In this document: positions 11,774 through 25,987 of the stretch, in pieces
How the letters are laid out: each line of letters opens with the position of its first letter
Position numbering within the stretch: position 1 is the stretch's first letter
Assembly (NCBI GenBank): GCA_964016885.1
Contig: OZ024747.1
Location: 34,782,001 to 34,846,000 of the forward strand
Source of the DNA: Eledone cirrhosa
Lineage: Eukaryota
Length of the DNA: 64,000 nucleotides
Reading direction: 5' to 3'
Translations under genes and position numbers: made by a program
The notes under the pieces: model-generated
What the model was told of the DNA's origin: nothing
Seen by the model: only the letters and a program-made list of their open reading frames with translations
Databases searched by the model: none

Positions 11774-13053
11774 AAAAAATGAATTTTTCTCTGTTCAGGA
11801 TTTATATTCCTGTTGGTGTTCGCTTGATGAACTTTTGGTCGTGATATTATATTTGGTTTCGTTATGTATTTTGTCCTATTTTTGGTATTCTGTATATTAT
11901 TTTTCTTCCTGTTAGCATTATTTTTAACAATCTGGGAAAATGACCTAGGTTTGCTTTCAGGTTTAGATCGTTTTTTCGTCCAGTTTCTTGTGGGCAATCT
12001 CTGTTGAGATCTTGAGAGTGATCTGGTTATTCTACGTTTTGTTTCCACATTCCTTGTTGGTAGTCTCTGTTGAGATCTTGAGAATGATCTCCTGGTTTTA
12101 CTACTTCTCATGGTCTGGTCAAAGGAATACCTATCGTGTTTGTGCTTTTTGTTCATGTTTTTGTAGAAAAACGAAGAGTTATTACCGTAGTTCTTCTTTG
12201 ATTCAAGGTAAGGTGAGTGTTTGTGTTGGCACGTGTTCTGGCGTATGTTGTGTTAATGAGATTGTCCACTTTTAATGCTTTTTCTCAGGGTTCCAGAGTC
12301 TTTACCGTAATTTGCAGCATATTCATCGAGAAATAATTGTTTCTGCTGCCATACCTTTCTTGATTTGTTTTCTTCTATTGAGATATCTCCGATCCATAGT
12401 TCTCGTAGTTTTTCAGCTATAATACCAGTCGTTAGCTTTGAAATTTCAACTTCAATTTGGTCATCAATAGCTTCATATTTGGCTTTGTAGCGGGATTGTT
12501 TACATTCAGAAATGGAGATGTCGGTCCTGAATTTTGTCAATGTAAGTTCCCATCGGAGTTTTGTTTCTTCTTCTGGTTCTCCTGCAATTTCTGTAATTAG
12601 GTATTTACGAGGGAGTATGGGTGCCGTTAGAGAGAGCCATTTCGAATGTGTTTCGACATATTTTTCGCATCTGTATGCTTTCCAGAAATTTTGTTTTCTT
12701 ATGTTAAGGAATGTTTTCCATGTCTTCCACATTTCTTTTCTTATTCGATGTGTTTTGTTTTCCAAATTTCTTTCGTTTATTTCTGACATCCAAGGGGGTT
12801 GTGGTAGGCTTTCTCTTGTATCTTTGATAACTGTTGGTATAATTTCAGCTAAATTCTTAATTTCAGAGTTTATATGTTCAGTTATAAGTTTTCCGTCTGT
12901 AGATTGTTTTTCTATTTCCTTTAAAATAGAGGATTGTGTGTCCATCATCGTGATAAGTGTTGATAATTTCGATGATATCTCCTTTAGAATTCTTTCTGAA
13001 GGAAATTTACCCATCTCATTACAGTTGAAAATTGCAAACTCGACTGTCACCAC
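11701..13053 (-). CDS. PLE ORF1 (helical N-terminus, basic repetitive C-terminus), interrupted by one in-frame TAA at 12253-12255
   Basis: The 266-aa and 151-aa ORFs are in the same frame, and the 32 codons between them are open; 1353 nt = 451 codons. Confidence 0.75.
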
Positions 13054-13059
13054 ATATCA

Positions 13060-13098
13060 TGAACCTGAAGATTGCGAAAGCATGAAAGTACTTGTTCA
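13060..13098 (+). ncRNA. Same hammerhead in the inverted 5' pLTR
   Basis: tgaacctgaagattgcgaaagcatgaaagtacttgttca. Confidence 0.75.
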
Positions 13099-13312
13099 AT
13101 TAACACTTAGAATTTAATATTCTATCATACTATTTCATTATAATACCATTATTTATATTATATATATTTTAAAGGATTGTAAATAAAACGAGTAAATCAG
13201 ACAAAGTTGGAATTCATCTTATTAATATAATCTTCTATACACAATCATACACACCCGTGTATATTTACCTATCTATATCTATCTATCTATCTATATATAT
13301 ATATATATATAT

Positions 13313-13551
13313 AATTGGTGTGGGTTGCTTAAAGCGTCCGTAAGCGGTAGGCCGTTTGAGCACTCGATCCTCTTACAGAGCAGAGTATAATATCAAATAA
13401 GAAACAGAGAATCAGTGGTACGACGAATAAGATTTATTAGACATATTACAATAGTTTCACTGGCGACCAGCTCGAGGCACGATCGATGTAATGATCGAAC
13501 CTGACTCTGAAATCGCAAGATCCTCGGATATGTCTCGATTCTACGAAGCAT

Positions 13552-13555
<4 letters not shown>
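13313..13555 (-). mobile_element. PLE pLTR/tail remnant
   Basis: Degenerate HHR (ctcga gctgg-tcg-ccagt gaaa), AATAAA and tail motif atcgagtgct; lies between microsatellites. Confidence 0.45.
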
Positions 13556-13585
<30 letters not shown>

Positions 13586-13662
13586 TGTCTTTCTGCGAGT
13601 CTCTGCATAAATGTCTATGCGTATATGGATACACACGAACACACACACATCCACATATATAC

Positions 13663-13713
<51 letters not shown>

Positions 13714-13849
13714 CAAACGTTAAACAAGGTTCATTGAATAATCAATGAATATAGTTTTACAATAGATTAGAAACACTCAACAAAGGAGTTTTCTGGAATT
13801 ATTAATATTAATTCAAGTTATTTCTGTAGTTATTCATATTAATTGAATT

Positions 13850-13899
<50 letters not shown>

Positions 13900-14461
13900 C
13901 ATTTACATGTTCTATGTATCATAATACATAGAGACAGTAAGTGATTAACTGAACGGCAGTCGAATAATAGAGAAGAATATGGATAAAATTTTACATAGAA
14001 AGTTGAGGCAGTAGTTTTGAATTTTCTACTGTAATTTATCTCTTCAGGCTGCAATTTCTATGTTGTTATCGGCTTTTATATACATGTTGAAGGCTTATCT
14101 GAGCTGTCAGTGTGACTGCTAATTATATTAATATATTGATGACGTGTCCTATATTATGAATTCTGGTGGCTATAGCGATTACAATATTCGTGTTTTAAAG
14201 TAGGTTAGTAACTATGTGGGAATATCTGAATGCATAGAGGAAAAAGATTTTAGATATAGTTTAGTATAGGGAATGGAATGATGTAAATTTACTCTAAGTG
14301 ATCGTTTCCCTCTTGAAGAGGTGCGTCTTGGAAGATGTTTGAGTTTCGCGTGATCTGAGAAGTTTCATTTGATAAGACAATAAGGTTTGAGGGAAGCAAA
14401 TATAACATTTGGTCGTTTGGATGCAGTCCCATGTTTAACCTGCTCATAATAAATGAATATG

Positions 14462-15397
<936 letters not shown>

Positions 15398-15532
15398 ATA
15401 TATATATTAGGGTAAACATTTATGCAATTCACTTCAAGCACTCAACGTACTTTTCCACATAGGAGTGACGGAGTAAATATCGAATAAGGAAAAGCGAAGT
15501 AGTTTCAGATATTCAAGTCCTTTAATAATAAT

Positions 15533-15606
15533 GCTGTGATATATATTTCAATGACGACACTGGCCACACTGTTCTGTGTGCGAGTGTCGTGTCATCATCA
15601 GACAGC
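15533..15606 (-). ncRNA. Type I hammerhead
   Basis: gctgt CTGATGA tgacacgacact...agtgtcgtcatt GAAA tatata TC acagc. Confidence 0.8.
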
Positions 15607-16597
15607 TTGTTACACAATAATGTTATGTTTCCGAGTCAATCCAAATTGAATCGACATGGGAACGGATGAATTGCGTGCTTTTGGGTTTTTCATCCGTTCC
15701 CTTGTGAGTACCAATTCACCCCCACCGGTCTGCGCAAGCGCATGTCCGAAGGAAGTTGACCATTAGCCACCGCAGATTTCAACGAAATTCGCTTAGTCAG
15801 TTCACCTTCTCAGCCAAACAATGGCCCACCATCCCGTACCATATTTTACTGCTACCCATCACGACTGTGGCAGTCAGCCGAAAGCCAGAGGGGATGGGAG
15901 AGTTAGTTTTTACAGGTCATAATACTACCTCTCAATGTCGTTCAATATGTGGATAGAGTAACTGTGACACTAGAACTCCTGTCAGAACTTATTACTTAAA
16001 CATCTCGCTCCATATTATTTAATCACTTCAATCTATAATTTTACTCACCTCAATCCGAATTATCACTTGAACAATTTTTTAATTTCTAATTGTTAATTTT
16101 TTAATTGTTTAATTGTTTAATTTATAATTTCTGATATTTGATTAAGGATTTTAATTTTTAATTTTTATTTCCAACTCTCACTCTTAACTTCCAATGTAAA
16201 ACCATGATACCTAGAATTAAGTTTATTTTCCCTTATGAGGTGATGGTCAGTCGTACTGTCAACGCTTAGTGAGAGGTAGTATTATGACCTGTAAAAACTA
16301 ACTCTCCCATCCCCTCTGGCTTTCGGCTGACTGCCACAGTCGTGATGGGTAGCAATACAATATGGTACGGGCTGGTGGGCCATTGTTTGGCTGAGAAGGT
16401 GAACTGACTAAGCGAATTTCGTTGAAATCTGCGGTGGCTAAAGGTCAAGTTCCTTCTGACATGCGCTTGCGCAGACCGGTGGGGGTGAATTGGTACTCAC
16501 AAGGGAACGGATGAAAAACCCAAAAGCACGCAATTCATCCGTTCCCATGTCGATTCAATTTGGAATGCCTCGGAAACATAACCTTATTATGTAACAG

Positions 16598-16671
16598 GCT
16601 GTCTGATGATGACACGACACTCGCACACAGAACAGTGTGGCCAGTGTCGTCATTGAAATATATATCACAGC
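16598..16671 (+). ncRNA. Type I hammerhead (mirror copy)
   Basis: Same sequence on the + strand. Confidence 0.8.
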
Positions 16672-16703
<32 letters not shown>

Positions 16704-16750
16704 ATATTTGTTGAAACGATCGACTTTCGTCAAATCGGACCGAGGTAACC

Positions 16751-17883
16751 ATGTTTCCGTTGGTCTTTCCAATAATAACACAACACCAAACCACACTTAC
16801 TACCATAGTATGCACACCAGTAAACCAACAAACAAAACTAATAGAAAGCGATGCAAAGAGTACTTATGGTATAACCCCGAATACAATAGTTCCATTAGTA
16901 CAAATTTACCAGTACTCTTCTTTGAAATAATTAAGAGACATTTTCCTACATCACACAAATACCACAAAATCCTAAACCCTACCACTATAAGACTGTCATA
17001 CTCTACAGCATTAAACCTTGAACAACACATAAAAAAGATCAATACTAGAAGGTTAAACGAAAACACTAAGAACTTAAGTACAAAGAACACAAAAAAACAG
17101 TAGACAATACACTACAGAACATAAATAAACCACACCTAAGTTCGTCCGCAATACTACTCCAGAGAAAACCCAACGTACACAACTGTAACTGTACCTATCC
17201 TGACAACTGCCCCCTCGGCAATAACTGCCTGGAAAAAAATATTATTTATAAGTGTACCATTAAATCCGGAGGCAACGAGTGGTATTACGTGGGATCAACG
17301 GCAACATCGTTTAAATCTCGATTATATAGGCATTCTTACTCAATAAAACACCAGAGCCAAAGAAATGTAACAACTTTAGCAGAAAAGGCTTGGACGCTCA
17401 GGGATAGCGATCAAAGGTTTACCCTAAAATGGGAGAAATTAGCTAAAACCCAAAGCTTTTCCAGGAGCCAAAATTTCTGCAAATTGTGTAATCTTGAGAT
17501 TTATTACATAATCACACACAAGAAGAAACTGCTGAATAACAGAATTGAACGAACATTATTCTGCCGTCACAGAACTAAAACCCTTTTTTCCCACTACAAG
17601 CCGAATATAATATAAAAGAGGGACATCCCCCCAACTATATAAACCTCAATCTAGTTAGAAAAATATAAAAACAATCTCTTCTCAACATATATTAATAACC
17701 TTAAATTACCACACTAATAATGGAAAGATATGCTGATGAGAATAGGTGCCAATATGCGATAATGAATGTGTCTAAAAACGTCCATAAGTATGTATATATA
17801 TGTGAAAATGTATATAAATAAGTAAAAATATATATATGTTTGATGTGTATAGTTAGATGTAAGTGTATTCATGTATTAAAGTG

Positions 17884-17934
<51 letters not shown>

Positions 17935-18651
17935 ATATATATATATATATATATAGATGTGTATGTTTATGTATATGTGTACACATAGACTAGAGTATGT
18001 ATCTATATATGTGTGTGTCTATACGTGTGTATATAAAGATAAGTTGAGTATGAAAATGTATACACATGAACGCGTATGTATGTACATGAATACATGTGTG
18101 TATATATATATGTATGCATGTGTATATGTATGTAAGTATGAATATGTGAATGTGAATATAAGTATTTTGTAGAGGTGTGCAAATATATTTGTGTGTGAAT
18201 GCGTGGGTGAAAGGATACGTACACTTGAAAGAAAAATTTAAGTCTGAATGTTAATTAAGTGCAAACACAAAACCAACCACGCATATCTTTACTATCTCTA
18301 ATCCTTCTATATATTTAGAAAAATAACCAATAATATATTCTATAAAAATGTCAAAACAACAGATGGGAATCTAATTACTCACTGCCACCAAACATTCTCA
18401 CTGCTATCAAAAAACCACTCCCTCAACTATTCTTCTAACAACTTCACCCCTCCCTCCTAATATTCTCTATAAAAACCAAATAGGTCCTCAGTAATATTAT
18501 TCTGATGAAATGACAGTAAATAATAACATTGAAATATTGAATGTCTGCATAACTAAAAGTTTGTAGATAGCAGCTGTTTTCAGGTTATGTAACTGTTATA
18601 GAAACACGTGTCAATATATTCCTTTCAACTAAACTGTATCCATTCAAATCT

Positions 18652-18655
<4 letters not shown>
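16751..18655 (+). mobile_element. Nematis-type PLE 3' fragment (GIY-YIG + 3' region/pLTR)
   Basis: WYNPEY..STN, CNC..CPL..C, IIYKC..YVGST, CKLCNLE, FCRHR; near-identical to 39258-41134; HHR-like core CTGATGA..GAAA at ~18502-18534. Confidence 0.85.
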
Positions 18656-18741
<86 letters not shown>

Positions 18742-18743
<2 letters not shown>

Positions 18744-19842
18744 CAAAAGGGTCAGGACCCCGGCGGCTGAGCTCCGTTCGTTTCGCCAGATAGATCTGAA
18801 CTAACCCAGTAGTGTTAGAATGGTTTTAATCTAGCTGAACATATCAAGGGGTACAAATATTGTGTATACATATTTAAAAGGATGAAAGTGTTACCTCGTG
18901 TAAACACAGAATGCATAGGACATATCTTACCTTCAAACCCTCTCACGACTCGGGTGGGCAGTTACAAACTAAGATAGAGGAAACCCCAAGCATACTTATA
19001 GAAGTAGACATTTTCCCTTTTTTTCTTTTCTTATTTTCTTTTTTCTTCATTAATTACTCACTCTAATTACACTTAGGTGGATCATTGCTTACCTACACTA
19101 TTATATTCAGTTTCCATTCTTCCTTTGATTAACCTATGTATTTTCACTCCTGTTAAATATACATAGTACTGTTCGAACACATAGCCAGCGTTTATTTTTT
19201 GTGGGGCGGGGGTGTATCATTATCTAAGATAATATTAATAAATTACTACATTGAGGTGTGGTTCTAGTGTATTAGAGTAACTAATAACTAGATTTTATTA
19301 ATTAGGGATTTAATTAGTATTAAATTATATTAATTAGGATTTTAGTATTTACTCTACAATATTACTTGTTTCTCATGGGTTCTTACCTCCTTTAGAGAGA
19401 GCTGTAAATAATTCTCTCTTAACACATGACCGGCCTGGCATCCACAGCTCAGATCATCACCTTACTCCGTACCTTTTGTTCTACAGGCAAGTACAGCCAC
19501 CCCAAACCCGACCTCCGCTATGAAGGAATTTAACTATGTATACAAAATATTTGATCACTTCCCGTGACAGAATAGAAAAACAAAATTTTTTAGAATTGTG
19601 TGATATGATACTACTGCTATGTTTTGATTATATGCCCATATATGGACTGTACCCCTTGATATGTTCAGCTAGATTACTACCGTCCTAACGCTACTGGGTT
19701 AGTTCAGATCTAGCTGTCGAAACGGCCGGAGCTCAGTCGTCGGGGTCCTGACTATTTTCTTATTACCCACTCTACAACCCTAAGTATCGAGTACTCTGGT
19801 GCGTTATGGTTCACCTGGTTCCTTACCACACTTCGTCCGTTA
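18742..19842. mobile_element. Non-coding PLE derivative with inverted HHR-bearing ends (family of 32317-34250)
   Basis: Inverted arms ~18750-18856 / 19648-19753 plus tail to 19842; the tail matches 32317-32410 and 35926-36020. Confidence 0.75.
19651..19746 (+). ncRNA. Type I hammerhead, U3-A8 variant (A9 mutated in this copy); mirror at 18757-18852 (-)
   Basis: acccc TTGATAT gttcagcta...tagctgtc GAAA cggc..gtcg TC ggggt. Confidence 0.6.
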
Positions 19843-22599
19843 TACATATATACACTTCGATACTATTGGATTGCTATTGACTCACATATGATCCTTCACA
19901 CTTTGTCAGTATTTTTGAAAATATAATAAAGTTGTTACGTTATTTACATCACACACAATGACACAGGAACACTAACACAGCCATTTCAGCTATTTTACAT
20001 ATTTGAGTGTATGTAACATCTATTCTTTCGGTCATAAAGTAAGATTATCAAGGCTGAAATGGATTTCTAACCTGAGTATTATATTCATTGTATTAGTATC
20101 ACCTGGGTTTTAATTAAATTTATTACACAAAAGATAAACACAAAGATACATGATTATTTTTATGAAAATATTATCTGATAATAGAAAAAGCAAAATATAT
20201 TTTATAGAAAGGTATGCAAAATTATTCGAAAAAATGTTTGAATAAAAATAACTATTCATAAAAATTCAAACCTTTCCAATACAGGAATCATTTAGTAAAC
20301 ATTTACATTTTATCTTTTGTTTTATAATGAAATGAAGATACATTTTAATTTACTTGATATCTCAATCAGCAGTTAAACTTTATGTCAAACAATACTAGAT
20401 ATAAAACCCCTATAACAAATTAACAAAATATCAAAAGATTGTCATCGAAATTGTTTAGTCTATAATAACTTTTTCTCGGATTTATTGAAAGAAATCTCAC
20501 AGAAAATAGAATTTATCGCCATGAGAGTTGGTATATTATAGAAGGCTTGTTTTGAGCACAAACTATCACATGTGTTGTTTGTTGTTTCCGTTCCTATATA
20601 CTAAATGTGAAATATGTTTACGTGTGTTTATAATTAGTTCTTCGAGAAAATATATATTTACTAATGCCCAAGACTAAATTATTCTCTCATAATATATTCA
20701 GGGAACATATAAAATTAGATTAGGAATTAGGTGCCTTCCAATCGACTTTTGTACATTTAGTGCATCACGTATACTACCTCTCTCTCGTTCTATCCCAAAA
20801 TATTTATACATTAGTATTACTAAGCATTAGACATAAGATTTTGTAAAACTGTCAACTAGTATAACACTATATTATCAAATGTACAGGAAAACTTAAGCTT
20901 ATTTAGAAAATCTTAGTAAAGCTAAATATAATTCAAAATCAAAAGCGTGGGAGTTTTAATCTTTGTTGATTTATTAGGTACCAGTACAATTGAGTAATAC
21001 GCGCATTATTAAAACTATTTTTTATGTATCTGTTGAATAAATAAAAACCATAAATTGTTAAATTTGAGATATGTAAGGTAGAGGAGAATGCAACGCCCAT
21101 AATAAACCAGATATAACTGATATTTAGCGTGCAAACCAACACGTCTTTAGGTTTGAGGAAATATATGGGTGTGAAATATTAGACAATGTGTTTAGTTCGG
21201 TATCTAAATCGTTAATCATAATAGTGGTGATGAGTATTCGAAAGGTACTTGCGATACCTACCAATTGGTATAACATTTATGAAGCTGAATAGTTCAACAA
21301 AATGAAAAAGCATATAAAAGCAATTGAAAACAGTACACATATCTTAGGTATAATATAACTATCATTCGGGGTTAAGCATGTGTTGTTGACTTAATCATTG
21401 CCAACCAGATCGACAAGGTATTTCGAATTTCGTCTACACGGTAGCAGTGTGTGTCGCATTAGATTACGTTTAAAGATTTCGGACCGACTTTTAGTTACGC
21501 CTATCAGAGAATATAGTATTGTAAGCTATGTGCAAAATCTCCGAAATTTAAAATATGAATGTTTTATATATTAAGATTTTAATTACATAAATTCTCCTAT
21601 CGCTCTATGCCCGTATTCTCATTGTAAACTGTATTCTGTGAAGTTTAACCATCCCACATTTGTATGTTAATTTAGTGGCTACATTCTAGCCTATTACACA
21701 TTTTGATACGTACAGTGTGTGTATATGAAGCCAATGCGCAACCAATGTTGCAACATAGTGGTGGGGAAATAGTTAAATACTTCTCAAAATGTCAGTAAAC
21801 ACATTTTTGCTGACATCGACATCTCCTGTCTGAGTCTAAATTATGCCGCGAGACGTTGAGCCAACGTGAACGACAACGGATGTTTAACAAAATAATTATA
21901 GAGAACACGATGTCTGAAAACATTTCCGGAGATTAATGGCTGGAATTTCTTCAGATCATGTTTGCTCCAACATACTTGATGTAATGATAATCAACCTCGC
22001 TTAACGTTATGCGAAAATTGGGCAAGAAATAAAGATTGAGAAAGCAAATGGTTAGTATTTAGTTAACAATCCATCTACAACCATTTTAAAAGTGGCCATA
22101 CCAATCCGAATATAAGAAAAATAGAAAATTAATAATTTTGTAGAATTGTTGATATTTACATCAATGAACTTTACACAGCATTTGTAGTTTTCAATACATT
22201 TAGTTTTAGTTGTCCAATAAATCTTAACATTTTGTATCCACATGTAAAGTGCTCATGACACGATATAAACAGTTAATTCTTAAGCACCCTTGCCAACAAA
22301 ACAATCACCTGAACAAGTTATAGTTCTAGATTACAATGCTGATTGCTGTTATATGAGTCTCTATTTGATAGCGAAATCTCCAAGAAAGAGCAGTAAAACG
22401 CCCTCAAATTACACGATATCTGCTTAAATATGAAATAGTAAAATAGAAGCTGAGGTATACATTACAATACGGTAGTCATGGTTTAGATAGATTTGGTCAT
22501 AGGATGGTTTGAACGGTACCCATCCGGGTTGAAACATTATCAAGTATATCAAATATTCTTAAGAAGTTTTAATTTTGAATATATAGTAAGTGTGAGAAT

Positions 22600-22941
22600 T
22601 AGTTACACATATGAGAATCAATTATCCACACTTTTACATTGATAAAATAAAAATATTCGTGCGGACCACTCTGATCTATATATTTCTAAAGCAGTTTTCA
22701 AATGTCGGTAATCAATAAATACATTTCATAAAACGATACTAAAAAGAGAAATAAGAATATATGTGTTAAAATTAAACTAAAAACATTGAATTAATTGACT
22801 TATTGAAAAGATGGTGTTTCACGGTCTCAGGTAAACTATTAAATATACCAAAATTCAAAATATCTAACGAAACTGTGATATGTCAAAAGTTAAAAAAAAA
22901 AATAACAAACAAAAATACTTATGTATTCCACACTTTAACAT

Positions 22942-22998
<57 letters not shown>

Positions 22999-23610
22999 TG
23001 TATATATATATTTGCGAAAATAAAGGTAAATGTCTAATAAATCAATACTCTGCAACCAAGGAATGTATTGGCATAACGCTTGCTATAGTTGAAATAGAGT
23101 CTTAATGTTTCCGTCCCTAATTATTTACAGAAGATAGAATGATATATAAAGCACAAAGATAGAGTGTGAGAAGAGGAGAGGAAGAAACGGAAAATATTTC
23201 TTGTCAATACTAATCCACATACAATCAGAATTTACTAGATGTTTTCTTCCTCTAATTTGATCGCTTGCTGTAAATGTAGGGACTCGCCAAGATTTCAATT
23301 CAGAATAAAGCTTTCCTGGCTGAAAACCTTATCATTCGTCTTCTCTCATATTCCTGCACACAATTGTAGAAATATGTGTGGCGCATCAGCTTCCTGTTCT
23401 GTTTGTATCATACTTTGTTTTATAGTAAGGGAACACACTAACTTATCTCCTAAAATAGTGTAAACATATTCCACACACTTAAAAACAACTCTACTAGGGA
23501 ATATGGAAAATCCATTCTATTTTCAGGAAACAAATGTATGCCGATTTCCCATATTCTTAATGAAAGCTTTTGGCGCACCATTCTGAGAAATCTCACATAT
23601 CGTGTTCATT
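22600..23610 (+). repeat. Old duplicated segment, copy A (copy B is split: 26690-26755, 31550-31840, 49890-50190)
   Basis: Shared blocks, e.g. aagatggtgt..tctcaggtaa.ctat.aaatatacca and tttcctgg.tgaaaaccttatc...gggaatatggaaaatccattc. Confidence 0.7.
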
Positions 23611-23624
23611 TAATGTCTCCCTAT

Positions 23625-24090
23625 ATATATAGGCAGAGTTTCCAAGCGGCTAGCAAATTTGAAAATTAGGTAGTAACATGTGCTTACGCCGTATTTGACT
23701 AAATAGAATTAGTCTGTTAGTTGGGAGTTTAATGAAAAAAACCTCTGAATGGAAATAAGGATCAGTATTGACGAACCGACATCTTTGCTTTGCCAGACTA
23801 ATGTGTAGCCATTACACCAATACGCCACCCATACTTTCTGTCTCCCTATTTATATACATATATATACCTGCTATAGTTATATAGCTTCTAATTGAATAGA
23901 AGGAAGAGTGGGTGGCGTGTTGGTGTAATGGTGACACATTGGTCCGGTAAACCAAAGGTGTGGAGGTCGTGTCACATGTACGTCAATACTCATCCTTTGT
24001 TCCATTCAGAGGAATTTATTTTAAAAATTCCAACTAACAGACTAATACTATTTAGTCAAATACGACATAAGCACATATTACTACCTAATA
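23625..24090. mobile_element. Head-to-head inverted pair of tRNA-headed SINE-like units
   Basis: Arms 23665-23836 / 23905-24089; head ggcgtgttggtgtaatggt (A-box-like); TA flanks. Confidence 0.55.
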
Positions 24091-24198
24091 TATATATATA
24101 TATATATATATGGGAGCTTATATAATGATCTTTATACCATGGGTTCGTTTGCGAAATATTCCTTATCGCAGCCATCGATAATTGAAGAATCCCCAATG

Positions 24199-24328
24199 CA
24201 TTTAGGTAGCCAGTTAAAATTCGATGTGCAAATTTAGTATAAGCTTGAAAACAGTTTTCAAACTTTGAAAACCTTGTACAAGTTTATGCTAAATTTTCAC
24301 TTGTAATTTTAACTGCCTACCTAAATGT
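24199..24328. repeat. Short imperfect inverted repeat
   Basis: catttaggtagccagttaaaatt... / ...aattttaactgcctacctaaatg. Confidence 0.55.
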
Positions 24329-24379
24329 TTCCCCACAAATGGATGCGATATTTATCCAGTTTCATATATACGTGTGTGT

Positions 24380-24418
<39 letters not shown>

Positions 24419-24509
24419 TGACGTCAAGTTAAAGTTACTGTTGGATCACTAAATTAAGCACTCGATACGTAGTTTCCACTATGTACTTTGGTGTTGTATT
24501 AAGCAGAGT

Positions 24510-24820
24510 TTAATATTAATAATTGTTTCTACTGTTGGCACAAGGACATCAATTAACCAGTGCATTACTGGTACTTTATTTTATCGATCCCGTAAGGATG
24601 AATGGCAAAGTCAACCTCGGCGGGATTTGAACTCAGATCGTTAAGGGACGTAACTATCCTGGAAAGCATGGCGTCAGACCCTCTACCGATACTGCCAATC
24701 CCCTGCCTTTGAGTGTAATATTAATAATTGTTTCTACTATTGGCACAAGGCCATCAATTAACCAGTGTATTACTGGTACTTTATTTTATAGACCCCGTAA
24801 GGATGAAAGGCAAAGTTAAT
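24510..24820 (-). mobile_element. Tandem tRNA-derived SINE copies
   Basis: actggtactttattttatcgatcccgtaaggatgaatggcaaagtcaacctcggcgggatttgaactcag, partly repeated at ~24715. Confidence 0.75.
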
Positions 24821-25329
24821 TAATAATAAATGTGTATGAGGGGTCAAATGTTTATTAACTTTATTTATGTGTGAGGCGCGTTTTGGGATTGATCAGCTCC
24901 AGGTTCGATCCTATCGATCGGGCCCAAGTCTGGAATCAAACTCTCTTCATACTTCTGTATGCTTAATGACGGAATTATATATATGTATATATATATGTGT
25001 GTGTGTGTTTATGTGTGTGTGTGTGTCTGTATGTGTCTGCGTGTGCGTGCGCGCGTTTCTTCTTCTTCTTCTTCCATTATTAATGCTATTTGTTTCTAGC
25101 ACTTTATTTTTTTCTTCAAATAATTCTTCTTCTTCTTCTTCTTCTTTCTGTGTCTTTATGTGCGTGTGTGTGTATCCCGCATGACGGTGAGAGTTTATTT
25201 TCCTGTTTATCTCTAATTTTCTTACAGAAGAGCAATGACAGCAGTAAATATATGATAATGATTATGTTGATGATGATGAAGATAATGGTATTAATAATGT
25301 TTTCTGGAGGAGATAAAGACAATTAACTC

Positions 25330-25725
25330 AACCCAAGTTCATTAATTGTACTTTATTTTACCGACCCCTTAAGGATGAAAGGCAAATCTAACCTCGGCAG
25401 AATTTGATCTCAGATCGTAAATGGCTGCAATTCTATGGCGCAAAGTATGTTGCCCAATGCTCTACTAATACTGCCATTCCATAATAACAATGAAGATGAT
25501 TTATTTTCTTCGTTGCACACTCCCTATACGCCGGAAACGAAACTGAATATAATTGTTTCTACGTTTGGCACAAAACCAGCAATTACTGGTACTTTATTTT
25601 ATCGATCCCGTGAGGATGAAAGGTAAAGTTAACCTCGGCGGGATTTGAACTCAGAATGGCAAGCCCGTAATTCTATACGACAAAGCATGGCGTCCGACCC
25701 TCTACCAATACTGCCAATCAACCTG
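25330..25725 (-). mobile_element. Two tRNA-derived SINE copies
   Basis: Same body and reverse B-box at ~25400 and ~25640. Confidence 0.75.
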
Positions 25726-25774
25726 ATGAATTATTTGAAGAAAAAAATAAAGTGCTAGAAACAAATAGCATTGG

Positions 25775-25902
25775 AAGAAGAAGAAGAAGAAGAAGAAGAA
25801 GAAGAAGAAGAAGAAGAAGAAGAAGAAGAAGAAGAAGAAGAAGAAGAAGAAGAAGAAGAAGAAGAAGAAGAAGGAGGAGGAGGAGGAGGAGGAGGAGAAG
25901 AA

Positions 25903-25933
<31 letters not shown>

Positions 25934-25987
25934 AAGAAGAAGAAGAAGAAGAAGAAGAAGAAGAAGAAGAAGAAGAAGAAGAAGAAA
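25775..25987. repeat. (GAA)n/(GGA)n microsatellite
   Basis: Direct reading. Confidence 0.98.

Larger units (their letters stand above)
8927..13275 (-). mobile_element. Penelope-like retroelement, Neptune type, with inverted pseudo-LTRs, inserted in (TA)n
   Basis: ~230-bp inverted repeats 8923-9152 / 13000-13229, each with an HHR; ORF1 plus RT/GIY-YIG ORF; short unique tail 13230-13275. Confidence 0.93.
15409..16673. mobile_element. Non-coding PLE derivative with ~400-bp inverted arms
   Basis: Arms 15531-15933 / 16270-16673, AT-rich spacer, one-sided tail 15409-15530, (TA)n flanks. Confidence 0.75.

Noticed and set aside
12253-12255. Programmed readthrough or selenocysteine in ORF1
   Set aside because: The stop is TAA, not TGA; a copy-specific nonsense mutation is simpler; GIY-YIG is C-terminal, so this is not a Naiad-type element
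10041-13117. Plus-strand ORFs antisense to the Neptune ORFs (e.g. 201 aa at 12512-13117)
   Set aside because: Shadow frames of the coding strand with no motifs
8923-13229. DNA transposon TIRs around an RT gene
   Set aside because: The inverted repeats carry HHRs and a one-sided tail, which is the known inverted pLTR arrangement of PLEs
23905-23985. Functional tRNA gene
   Set aside because: B-box/T-arm degenerate and embedded in a repeat; treated as a SINE head
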